Origin: Turicibacter sp.
GTDB lineage: Bacteria > Bacillota_I > Bacilli_A > MOL361 > Turicibacteraceae
Assembly (NCBI GenBank): GCA_051646305.1
Contig: JBOFCV010000369.1
Location: 1 to 24,000, forward strand
Length of the DNA: 24,000 nucleotides
Direction of reading: 5' to 3'
Of the stretch, positions 16,919 through 24,000 are shown in pieces. Below the pieces are notes generated by a model that saw only the letters and a program-made list of their open reading frames with translations, was not told the DNA's origin and searched no databases. Numbering within the stretch: the first letter of the stretch is position 1; every line of letters starts with the position of its first letter. The translations under genes and the position numbers were made by a program.

Positions 16919-17131
16919 TTGAATAAAGGTCAGTCAATTTTAACGAAACGTGAACAAGAAATTTTTGACTTACTCGTGCATAATCTAACGACAAGTGAAA
17001 TTGCAGATGAGTTGAAAATAAGTGAAAAAACTGTACGAAATCATATTTCTAATGTTATCTTAAAATTAAATGTCAAAGGACGCTCACAAGCAATTATCGA
17101 ATTGCTAAAAATGGGTGTTATTGAATTATAA
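16919..17131 (+). CDS. gerE: Spore-coat transcription regulator GerE (LuxR-type HTH)
   Basis: The 70-aa product LTKREQEIFDLLVHNLTTSEIADELKISEKTVRNHISNVILKLNVKGRSQAIIELLKMGVIEL is near-collinear with B. subtilis GerE as I recall it. TTG is the first possible start after an in-frame TAG, and a GGGGG SD lies 8 nt upstream. Confidence 0.88.
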   Translation: MNKGQSILTKREQEIFDLLVHNLTTSEIADELKISEKTVRNHISNVILKLNVKGRSQAIIELLKMGVIEL

Positions 17132-17162
17132 AAAAAACACCACCTTATGGGTGGTTTTTTTT
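17131..17162 (+). terminator. Rho-independent terminator of gerE
   Basis: An A-run is followed by ACCACC, a TTATG loop and GGTGGT, then a run of nine T residues. Confidence 0.85.
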
Positions 17163-17376
17163 CAGAATTTACGAAAAATAAATGCATAGTTCATAAAAAA
17201 GGCACTTCTTTTAAAAAATATAGAAAAAGATTAAGATTTATGAAGAAAGTGTATTATAATGTTAGTATAATAATATTTTACAAGCATATGTTTTATGATG
17301 GAGATAAAAATATAGATAGCTATGATGTAGTCTAATAGAATTAATAGTCAGAATTTCATTGATGGAAGTGGTTTAA

Positions 17377-18456
17377 ATGTTAGGGAATCTAGGAATCATC
17401 CTAAAAATAAATTTAATAGACCATAAAATGCAAATCGGTGAACAATGGTTTGAGTATGATGAGAAACTAAATGTGACTTTATCTATGCTTGGGCAATCTG
17501 TTCAATACAGCTTAACGGGTGATAGTAAAATTAATCATATTGAATTAATTATCCAGAAAGCGCGTGAACTTAAAGGTAAAATTCAATCTTTAAATTTATC
17601 GATTCCGAGAATATCTCTTCATACGAATGGAGAACTCTTGCATTTTTATGTTACATCTCGTCACCTCGAACATATTAAAAGATGTTTTAGACCGGGAGAA
17701 TTCACACAATTTTCATATAATCCAAATAGCTTTAAAATGGGAAGTACCACATATTACGTTATTACAAGTATAAAAGATGAGAAACATAAAGATGAAGATC
17801 TAGTAAAAATTAATAGTGATAATGAACTTAAATACTATCTAGAATTTTTATCCCAATCAAAGTATTATGCGTTCATAGATTTAGAATTTTCAATGAGTGG
17901 ACCTGAATTCAGGGGGATGAAGTTTTGCCCTGAGATCATTCAATTTGGGATTATTATTGCGGATTCAACAGGTAAAATGGTAGAAAAATTTTCAGCATAT
18001 GTAAAACCGACAAAATTCACACAATTATCGGGCTTAACAAAAGATTTCTTAAAAATAACAGATTCAACGTTATCTTATGGGATTAATTACAAAGATTTTT
18101 ATGACTATATTAAAGAAGTTATTGCGCGTTATCAGCCTGTATTTTTAGTTTGGGGTGTATCAGATGGGTATATTTTAGAAAATTCATATTTACTAAATAA
18201 AGTGCCTCCGCTGTTTGAAGCAACACAGTTAATTGATTTGCAACGCATTCACAGACAGTATTATAAAATCCCCCAAGATATTGGGCTATATAATGCGATA
18301 AGAAGTTATGGATTAGATGAAGGTACTCAGATTCATGATGCCATTGTTGATGCATTGGTGTTACGAAATATTTTCTTTAGTTTTAAATCAATTTTAGCGG
18401 ATGATGAATATTTCCCATTTAAGGAAAATTATCTAGCAATTATGAATAACCGGTAG
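17377..18456 (+). CDS. KapD-like DEDDh 3'-5' exonuclease with an uncharacterised N-terminal extension of about 165 aa
   Basis: The C-terminal approx. 190 aa align with B. subtilis KapD. Exo I is IDLEF, Exo II is WGVSDGYIL and Exo III is HDAIVDAL, and PEIIQFGIII / SAYVKP...LTKDFLKIT are also conserved. The N-terminal half matches nothing I recognise. The start codon is uncertain because the SD is weak. Confidence 0.75.
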   Translation: MLGNLGIILKINLIDHKMQIGEQWFEYDEKLNVTLSMLGQSVQYSLTGDSKINHIELIIQKARELKGKIQSLNLSIPRISLHTNGELLHFYVTSRHLEHIKRCFRPGEFTQFSYNPNSFKMGSTTYYVITSIKDEKHKDEDLVKINSDNELKYYLEFLSQSKYYAFIDLEFSMSGPEFRGMKFCPEIIQFGIIIADSTGKMVEKFSAYVKPTKFTQLSGLTKDFLKITDSTLSYGINYKDFYDYIKEVIARYQPVFLVWGVSDGYILENSYLLNKVPPLFEATQLIDLQRIHRQYYKIPQDIGLYNAIRSYGLDEGTQIHDAIVDALVLRNIFFSFKSILADDEYFPFKENYLAIMNNR

Positions 18457-18669
18457 TGAAGCTTTGTCAGTGGTTTTAAACGATGATAAACATAGGATTT
18501 TTAGCGAAATAATAAATTGTAAAATAGTGTCTAATGAAAAGATAAAATTTACTATGTCTCATTCAAGGGGTTAGGTTAACTGATTTCTTCTTGAATTGTG
18601 AACGGGTAAAGGTTATCTTTTTTTTCTTCCCCTCATATAGTTACTATATACTATAGTGAGGTGAATGGG

Positions 18670-19653
18670 ATGGAAAAAAGTCTATTGAAAAGATTGACCT
18701 TGCCAGTGTTGGCAATGTTGTTAGTTTACTATGTAACAACAGATGAGGCTAATCCAGCAAGTAACAATTTAATCAAATCAGTGAATGAGCAAAATAGTAT
18801 GGAACAAAGCGAGGTTGTAAATGGAGCGGGGGTTACTGTCTTTGCTCTACATGAGTCAGGGCATATTGTTCAAACGTCAGTCCCAAATGATAAGTCAAGT
18901 GATCAAGTAGAAATGGTGTTTGAGTTGTTTACAACTAAGATGAATCAATTACCTATTGGGATTAAGTCTCCACTCTCTCCATCTGCTACATTAATCAATT
19001 ATGTGATGGAGGATGGGGTATTAACTTTAAATGTTACAAGTGATTTTTTATCATATGATGTTGAGAACGAACGCACAGTATTAGAGGCTCTTGTTTGGAG
19101 TTTTACAGAAATACAGGGAGTAGAAACTGTTAAATTTCAAATAGAAGGCGTTCCTGTTTCAAATTTAAACGGATTAATGTCTGTTCAACGAGGTTTAACA
19201 CGTGAGATGGGTATTAATCTTGAGTTAGATACTGTCGATGTTAATGATTCACAATTAGTGACTGTTTATTATTTAACCGATGATACACAAAATGGCTATT
19301 TAGTTCCTGTTACACGTTTAATTTCATCTAGTCAAGATCCAATATCATATGCGATTAATGAACTCATTAATGGACCTAAAACAAGTGAATATGTGAGTGT
19401 TTTTGATAATCAAGTGGCTTTAATTGATCCACCTGAGCTTGAAGATGGTGTTATCTCATTGAACTTCAATGATGCGTTATACTATGACAGGGGTCAATCA
19501 ATGGTGTCATCTTTGATGATGAAACAATTAGTTTCGACGTTAACTGAATTCCAAGAAGTGGATCATGTCTTAATTTCAGTGGATGGAAATGAACGAGTAG
19601 TGAATGAACAAATGAAATCTGTCATGAAGCCGATCACTGAAATTACTAAATAA
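18670..19653 (+). CDS. gerM: Sporulation/germination protein GerM (two GerMN domains)
   Basis: ATG 18670 lies 6 nt after GTGAGGTG. It has an N-terminal anchor (LTLPVLAMLLVYY) and two GerMN-like halves (AINELINGPK...). Its position just upstream of rph matches B. subtilis. Confidence 0.72.
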   Translation: MEKSLLKRLTLPVLAMLLVYYVTTDEANPASNNLIKSVNEQNSMEQSEVVNGAGVTVFALHESGHIVQTSVPNDKSSDQVEMVFELFTTKMNQLPIGIKSPLSPSATLINYVMEDGVLTLNVTSDFLSYDVENERTVLEALVWSFTEIQGVETVKFQIEGVPVSNLNGLMSVQRGLTREMGINLELDTVDVNDSQLVTVYYLTDDTQNGYLVPVTRLISSSQDPISYAINELINGPKTSEYVSVFDNQVALIDPPELEDGVISLNFNDALYYDRGQSMVSSLMMKQLVSTLTEFQEVDHVLISVDGNERVVNEQMKSVMKPITEITK

Positions 19654-19801
19654 ACATTTAGTTGAGAGTAAATAAGAACTACATTATTGTAATGGAACCT
19701 GTAAGGGTTAAATAAGTATTTTTCACTGACAAATTACTAAAAGGATTCGCTAATAAAGCAAAAGATAAATAATCAAAATACACATGAAAAAAGTCAGGTT
19801 A

Positions 19802-19810
19802 TGTTATAAT
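19802..19810 (+). promoter_or_regulatory. Extended -10 promoter (TGtTATAAT) upstream of rph
   Basis: TG at 19802-19803 and TATAAT at 19805-19810, about 40 nt upstream of the rph start. Confidence 0.45.
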
Positions 19811-19850
19811 AATGGTAGGAAATTCGTAAAAATATAAGCAGGTGAAAATC

Positions 19851-20561
19851 ATGAGAACAAGTGGACGTACTAACAATCAATTAAGACAAATAGAATTGAT
19901 TCCAAATTATATTATACACCCAGAGGGATCAGTTTTGATTTCTGTTGGAAATACAAAAGTTATTTGTACAGCGACTATTGAAGATAAAGTGCCACCATTT
20001 ATGCGTGGTCAAGGAAAGGGTTGGATTACAGCGGAATACTCCATGTTACCTCGTGCAACAAACACAAGAAATTCTCGTGAGGTTAATCGTGGGAAAGTGA
20101 GTGGGCGAACGATGGAAATTCAACGCTTAATTGGACGTTCACTGCGTGCAGTTGTTGATTTAGAAAAATTAGGTGAACGTACGATTTGGATAGACTGTGA
20201 CGTCATTCAAGCGGACGGTGGAACGCGAACAGCTTCTATAACAGGAGCCTTTGTTGCCATGAAATTGGCATTTGAAAAATTAGTCTTAGAAGGTAAATTT
20301 ACACAATCTCCTATTATGGAACACTTAGCTGCCGTCTCAGTAGGAATTGCGAATCAAGAAGTTATTTTAGACTTAAATTATGAAGAAGATTCAAGCGCTG
20401 AAGTCGATATGAACGTTGTTATGACTGAAAGTGGTCAGTTTGTTGAAATTCAGGGGACAGGGGAAGAAGCGACTTATTCTCATGCACAATTACTTGAAAT
20501 GTTATCAGTTGCTCATGAGGGAATTCAAACGTTAATTGAAGCACAAAAACAACTATTTTAA
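19851..20561 (+). CDS. rph: Ribonuclease PH
   Basis: The start is taken at [12 protein letters not shown] (ATG 19851) after AGGTGA. Conserved stretches include [30 protein letters not shown] and [19 protein letters not shown]. Confidence 0.95.
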   Translation: MRTSGRTNNQLRQIELIPNYIIHPEGSVLISVGNTKVICTATIEDKVPPFMRGQGKGWITAEYSMLPRATNTRNSREVNRGKVSGRTMEIQRLIGRSLRAVVDLEKLGERTIWIDCDVIQADGGTRTASITGAFVAMKLAFEKLVLEGKFTQSPIMEHLAAVSVGIANQEVILDLNYEEDSSAEVDMNVVMTESGQFVEIQGTGEEATYSHAQLLEMLSVAHEGIQTLIEAQKQLF

Positions 20562-20573
20562 GGAGTTACAACT

Positions 20574-21167
20574 ATGAGAGAAGTCGTTATTGCTACTAAA
20601 AACCAGGGAAAAGTAAAAGAATTTGAACATATTTTTAAAACGTATGGCGTTAAAGTTAAATCATTATTAGATTTCGATGAGAGCATTGAAATAGTTGAAG
20701 ATGGTCAAACTTTTGAAGAAAATGCGCTCATAAAAGCGCGTGAAATTGCTAATAAGTATCATGTATTAGTTGTTGCTGATGATTCAGGACTTGAAGTAGA
20801 TGCTTTACAAGGTCGTCCAGGTGTTTACAGTGCACGTTATGATTCAGATGCTAGAGATGATTTTGCCAATATGAAAAAGGTATTAAAAGAGTTAAAAGGT
20901 GTTCCCAATCACGCGCGAACGGCACGATTCGTTTGTGCACTTGCCATTGTTAATCCAAATGGTGATGAGCATGTTGTCCGTGGAGAGTGTGAAGGTGTAA
21001 TCACAACTGAGTGTAGGGGCAATGAAGGATTTGGATATGATCCAATTTTCTATTTACCTAGTGCAGGAAAAACCATGGCACAAATTCCAAGTAATGAAAA
21101 AAATGTATTAAGTCACCGTGCAGAAGCCTTTAAAAAACTTGAGGCTATGCTCATGAACTTAGTTTAG
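20574..21167 (+). CDS. rdgB: Non-canonical purine NTP (dITP/XTP) pyrophosphatase RdgB/YsnA
   Basis: Conserved stretches are ATKNQGKVKEF, DDSGLEVDALQGRPGVYSARY, FGYDPIF and SHRAEA. The rph-rdgB pairing is conserved. Confidence 0.92.
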   Translation: MREVVIATKNQGKVKEFEHIFKTYGVKVKSLLDFDESIEIVEDGQTFEENALIKAREIANKYHVLVVADDSGLEVDALQGRPGVYSARYDSDARDDFANMKKVLKELKGVPNHARTARFVCALAIVNPNGDEHVVRGECEGVITTECRGNEGFGYDPIFYLPSAGKTMAQIPSNEKNVLSHRAEAFKKLEAMLMNLV

Positions 21168-21178
21168 AGGAGTCCCAC

Positions 21179-21685
21179 ATGAAAATAGTAATTGTAAGTG
21201 ATAGCCACCTAAATGACAAAGTATTAACCACTATACGAAACCGTCATTTAGAAGAGGCTAATATATTTCTTCATTGTGGCGATTCACAATTAATGAGTGG
21301 TCATCCAGCACTTGAAGGATACGTCGTTGTTAGAGGAAATTGTGATTTTGATTTAGCCTTGCCAACAGAGTATATCTCATCGCTTGATGAAACGCATACG
21401 TTATTTATGACACATGGACATTTATTTGATATTAAATATTCGGTTCATCGTTTACATTATAAAGCGCTTGAACTGGGTGCGAATATTGTTTGTTTTGGAC
21501 ATTCACATTTTATAGGGTGTGAAGTCGTTGATGGAATTGCCTACATTAACCCAGGAAGTGTTGTTCTTCCAAGAAATACACGTGAAAAAACATATGCTAT
21601 CTTAACAATTGAACAAAACATAACTGTTTCTTTTGTTGAGGTAAGTACAGGAGAGTGTATTTTGCAAAAAGAACTTAAGTTATAA
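21179..21685 (+). CDS. ysnB: YfcE/YsnB-family metallophosphoesterase
   Basis: Calcineurin-like motifs are present: VSDSH, CGD, GNCD, THGH, GHSH. Its position after rdgB matches B. subtilis. Confidence 0.85.
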   Translation: MKIVIVSDSHLNDKVLTTIRNRHLEEANIFLHCGDSQLMSGHPALEGYVVVRGNCDFDLALPTEYISSLDETHTLFMTHGHLFDIKYSVHRLHYKALELGANIVCFGHSHFIGCEVVDGIAYINPGSVVLPRNTREKTYAILTIEQNITVSFVEVSTGECILQKELKL

Positions 21686-21718
21686 AACAATGAGTGATTA
21701 AGAAAGGTAGGGGGGCTA

Positions 21719-22648
21719 ATGCAAGAAAATAGTTATCAATATTATTTAAATCAAAAAGCAATAGGGACGCACTATGTAGAATTAGGTAATATAAATAAAG
21801 CATTAGAGCATTTTAATAATGCCTACTTAACACCCTTTGGCTCAGAAGATTTAGACTTGATGTTAGATTTAGCATTTATGTTCGATGAAAACAATGATCG
21901 TGAAAAAGCATTGGCATTGTTTGAAGAAATGGTAAAACTAGATCCAGAATTTGCGACCTCATATTATGGGATGGCCACGATCTATGATGATGAGGAAAGC
22001 TACGAAAAAGCGATTTATTATTACAAAAAAACGCTTGAACTGGACCCTGAGTATGAAGCAGCACATTTTTTCTTAGCGAATATATACGATGAGCTAGGGC
22101 AAACAGAGGCAGCAATTCGTCATTATAAGAAAACTATTGAAATTGATCCTAATTATTTTTATGCCTACATAAATTTAGGATGCATTTATGAAGATTCAGA
22201 TATTAATATTAAAGCCTATCATTATTTCTATCATGCCTATAAAATAGATCCAATGGATTATATGGCACTTTTTAATCTTGGTGTCGTTTGCCGCAAACTA
22301 GGCCAAATTAAAGAATCAATTCGCTACTATGAACGCTCCCTAGAAAGTAATCCAGAGTATCACAATACGTATTTAAACTTAGCACTTGTTTATAAAGAAG
22401 AATACAATGATTATAAGAAAAGTATTAATCTTTATTCCAAAGGGTTGGTAGCAAATGAAGAAGTATCCGTCCTTTATTATAATCGAGCATGTTGTTATGC
22501 ACTATTAGAAGAACTTGAGTTGGCACTCTCAGATTTGAAAAAAGCCACTGAAATTAGCCCAAGTCTGCTTGATTATATGAAAACAGACAATGAACTAAAT
22601 AGATTGCGAACGCTACCAACTTATAAAATGTTATATGAGAAAGTATAA
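21719..22648 (+). CDS. Tetratricopeptide (TPR) repeat protein
   Basis: Recurrent 34-aa units with A/Y/L signatures are seen (e.g. YYGMATIYDDEESYEKAIYYYKKTLELDPEY, AHFFLANIYDELGQTEAAIRHYKKTIEIDPNY). A strong SD precedes the gene. Confidence 0.8.
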   Translation: MQENSYQYYLNQKAIGTHYVELGNINKALEHFNNAYLTPFGSEDLDLMLDLAFMFDENNDREKALALFEEMVKLDPEFATSYYGMATIYDDEESYEKAIYYYKKTLELDPEYEAAHFFLANIYDELGQTEAAIRHYKKTIEIDPNYFYAYINLGCIYEDSDINIKAYHYFYHAYKIDPMDYMALFNLGVVCRKLGQIKESIRYYERSLESNPEYHNTYLNLALVYKEEYNDYKKSINLYSKGLVANEEVSVLYYNRACCYALLEELELALSDLKKATEISPSLLDYMKTDNELNRLRTLPTYKMLYEKV

Positions 22649-22690
22649 AAAAAGAAAGGTGACCCTCTAGGGTCACCTTTCTTTTTTAAA
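22646..22690. terminator. Bidirectional terminator between the convergent TPR gene and pgeF
   Basis: AAAGAAAGGTGACCC (22651-22665) pairs with GGGTCACCTTTCTTT (22670-22684) around a TCTA loop. An A-run lies 5' and a T-run lies 3'. Confidence 0.88.
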
Positions 22691-22695
22691 AACCA

Positions 22696-23511
22696 TTATG
22701 ACTTTAATGAGATGAAACTCATCATACGTCCTGTTTCTTTGTTGCGTCTATAACTATAGAATAAATCGGTGTCGGTATACGTACAATAAGAGCTGATAAG
22801 AATATTTTCTTCAGGAATTCCTTCATATAAAGCTTGTTGTTTATTCATAAGTTTTGGGTCGAATTTATATTGTGTATCACTAATCTGAATAAAAGTTTGA
22901 TCACTAGCTGCTAATTTAGATTTTTTTACTTCTTTAATCACCGTTTCATCTACACGGTAGGCATCGCGCCCAATACACGGTCCGATAGCAACATAAATAT
23001 CAGAAGGGTTGATAAGTTCTTTTTGTTTCAAAGTTTGAAGCATGCTATGCATCATACCATCAACTGTTCCACGCCATCCAGCATGTGCTACTCCAATCAG
23101 TGAATGTTTGGGTGCATAGAAATATAAAGGGGTACAGTCGGCGTAAAAGGTAGCAAGGACCACATCCTTTTCTTTCGTATATAACCCATCGCAAGCCTTA
23201 ATCCCTGATTCAAAACTTTGGACCCCACGTCCTAAATCACTACTTGTCACTTCATGAACGGTCGTTGTGTGGAGTTGCTCTGCAAATACCCAGTTGGTTA
23301 ATGGAATCTGTATCTCATCCGCTACAAGTTGACGGTTGGCTAAAACTTGAGCAGGATTATCTCCAACATGATACGCGATATTTAAACCTTTGAATGGTCC
23401 AACCGAAATCCCGCCAAGTTGTGTGGTAAAGCCAGCAACTAAATTATTATCTTGTTTCATCCACGGAACTAAATACAATAAATTATTAGTTTGAATAAAT
23501 GGTTCTTTCAT
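22696..23511 (-). CDS. pgeF: YfiH/PgeF-family (YlmD-like) laccase-domain protein, peptidoglycan editing factor / purine nucleoside phosphorylase family
   Basis: Conserved stretches are ADC.PL and VAHAGWRGTVDGM, plus a C-terminal CTY...FYSYRR. The start is taken at MKEPFI (ATG 23511-23509) after AAGAGGTGA. Confidence 0.85.
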   Translation of the reverse strand: MKEPFIQTNNLLYLVPWMKQDNNLVAGFTTQLGGISVGPFKGLNIAYHVGDNPAQVLANRQLVADEIQIPLTNWVFAEQLHTTTVHEVTSSDLGRGVQSFESGIKACDGLYTKEKDVVLATFYADCTPLYFYAPKHSLIGVAHAGWRGTVDGMMHSMLQTLKQKELINPSDIYVAIGPCIGRDAYRVDETVIKEVKKSKLAASDQTFIQISDTQYKFDPKLMNKQQALYEGIPEENILISSYCTYTDTDLFYSYRRNKETGRMMSFISLKS

Positions 23512-23601
23512 TAGGATCACCTCTTTACTATTATATCAAAAGTAATTGTGCAACATGTAATAAATCAGCACCATAATGCAATGGACGATTGATTTTAAAT
23601 C

Positions 23602-23610
23602 TGATACAAT
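23602..23610 (+). promoter_or_regulatory. Candidate extended -10 (TGaTACAAT) upstream of ktrA
   Basis: TG at 23602-23603 and TACAAT at 23605-23610, about 180 nt upstream of the ktrA ATG. There is no good -35 element. Confidence 0.3.
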
Positions 23611-23790
23611 AAAAAAAGTAAGAAAAAAACAAATAAAAGTTAAAAAAGACATGCACTGTCAAATAATAAATGTTAAATAGATTAAACTGTTTACCTGTCA
23701 CATAAGAGATAGGGATAGAGAAGAACAGGATGAAAGGAAGTGACGATTTAGTGGGCCTATCATTGAGATAGATGCTGACTAAAGTTAGTA

Positions 23791-24000
23791 ATGGAGAAAA
23801 AAGATACGTTTGCAGTTATTGGGTGTGGTCAATTTGGAGGTAGTGTGGTTGATGAGTTATCTCGTCAAGGTGCTGATGTATTAGCAATTGATAATAATGA
23901 AGAAGTTATAAAAAAGTATGTTAATATTGCCACGCAGGCTATCATCTTAGATTCAACGGATGAAGAAGCATTAAATAGTATTGGGATTCGAAATATCGAT
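23791..24000 (+). CDS. ktrA: Ktr/Trk potassium-uptake regulatory subunit (RCK/TrkA-N domain); 3' end lies outside the window
   Basis: MEKKDTFAVIGCGQFGGSVVDELSRQGADVLAIDNNEE... carries a GxGxxG Rossmann motif and is collinear with the B. subtilis KtrA N-terminus as I recall it. The frame is open to the window end. Confidence 0.75.
   Translation, partial: MEKKDTFAVIGCGQFGGSVVDELSRQGADVLAIDNNEEVIKKYVNIATQAIILDSTDEEALNSIGIRNID

Noticed and set aside
17147-17335. A 62-aa ORF immediately after gerE.
   Set aside because: It starts inside the gerE terminator stem, has no SD and has a Lys/Tyr/Phe-rich AT-biased composition. It is likely spurious.
1606-22115. Antisense ORFs of 60-80 aa inside longer genes: 1606-1812, 4013-4213, 4265-4456, 4510-4752, 8916-9122, 10745-10930, 10879-11100, 13885-14085, 16300-16515, 18119-18355 and 21876-22115.
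   Set aside because: Each lies fully within, or across the end of, a strongly supported gene on the opposite strand. None has an SD, and their compositions are typical of shadow ORFs.
23521-23790. A possible c-di-AMP (ydaO/kimA-type) riboswitch in the roughly 180-nt region upstream of ktrA, as occurs upstream of ktrAB in B. subtilis.
   Set aside because: I could not find the conserved ydaO-class elements that I remember (paired GGGGA..CCCA-type segments, AGCTAACCTCGTAAGC-like 3' element). The region is mostly A-rich and low in complexity. Only a cmscan could settle this.

Overview
This 24-kb window comes from a low-GC, endospore-forming Firmicute; no finer taxonomic call is attempted. About two thirds of it is core housekeeping DNA. 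Bases 1-8355 look accessory. They hold the 3' end of adhE, two tandem paralogous ABC modules (MacB/FtsX-type permease plus ATPase), a repeat-containing convergent intergenic region, three tandem alpha/beta-type SASP genes on the minus strand, and about 1 kb with no credible ORF. Bases 8356-13942 carry a TrmH-family RNA methyltransferase gene followed by the classical rimP-nusA-ylxR-ylxQ-infB-rbfA operon. After a 500-bp AT-rich gap and an orphan membrane-anchored protein comes a block that, from memory, matches the B. subtilis uvrC...ysnB neighbourhood: uvrC, gerE, a KapD-like exonuclease with an extra N-terminal domain, gerM, rph, rdgB/ysnA and ysnB. Then follow a TPR protein, a convergent pgeF/ylmD and the 5' end of ktrA. 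I recognised no rRNA, tRNA, transposase, integrase, cas gene or known riboswitch. I see no clear-cut novel multi-gene system. The best second-look candidates, in order, are as follows. (1) An array of four degenerate repeats spaced about 72 bp apart at 6143-6420, which read on the minus strand as SD + ATG + Pro-Pro micro-ORFs. (2) The ORF-free 7352-8355 region, which has a consensus extended -10 promoter and long-range complementary segments. (3) The anciently duplicated ABC modules, whose conservation is mosaic. (4) The N-terminally extended KapD-like exonuclease. All promoter, terminator and RNA calls are made by eye from the sequence and are unverified.
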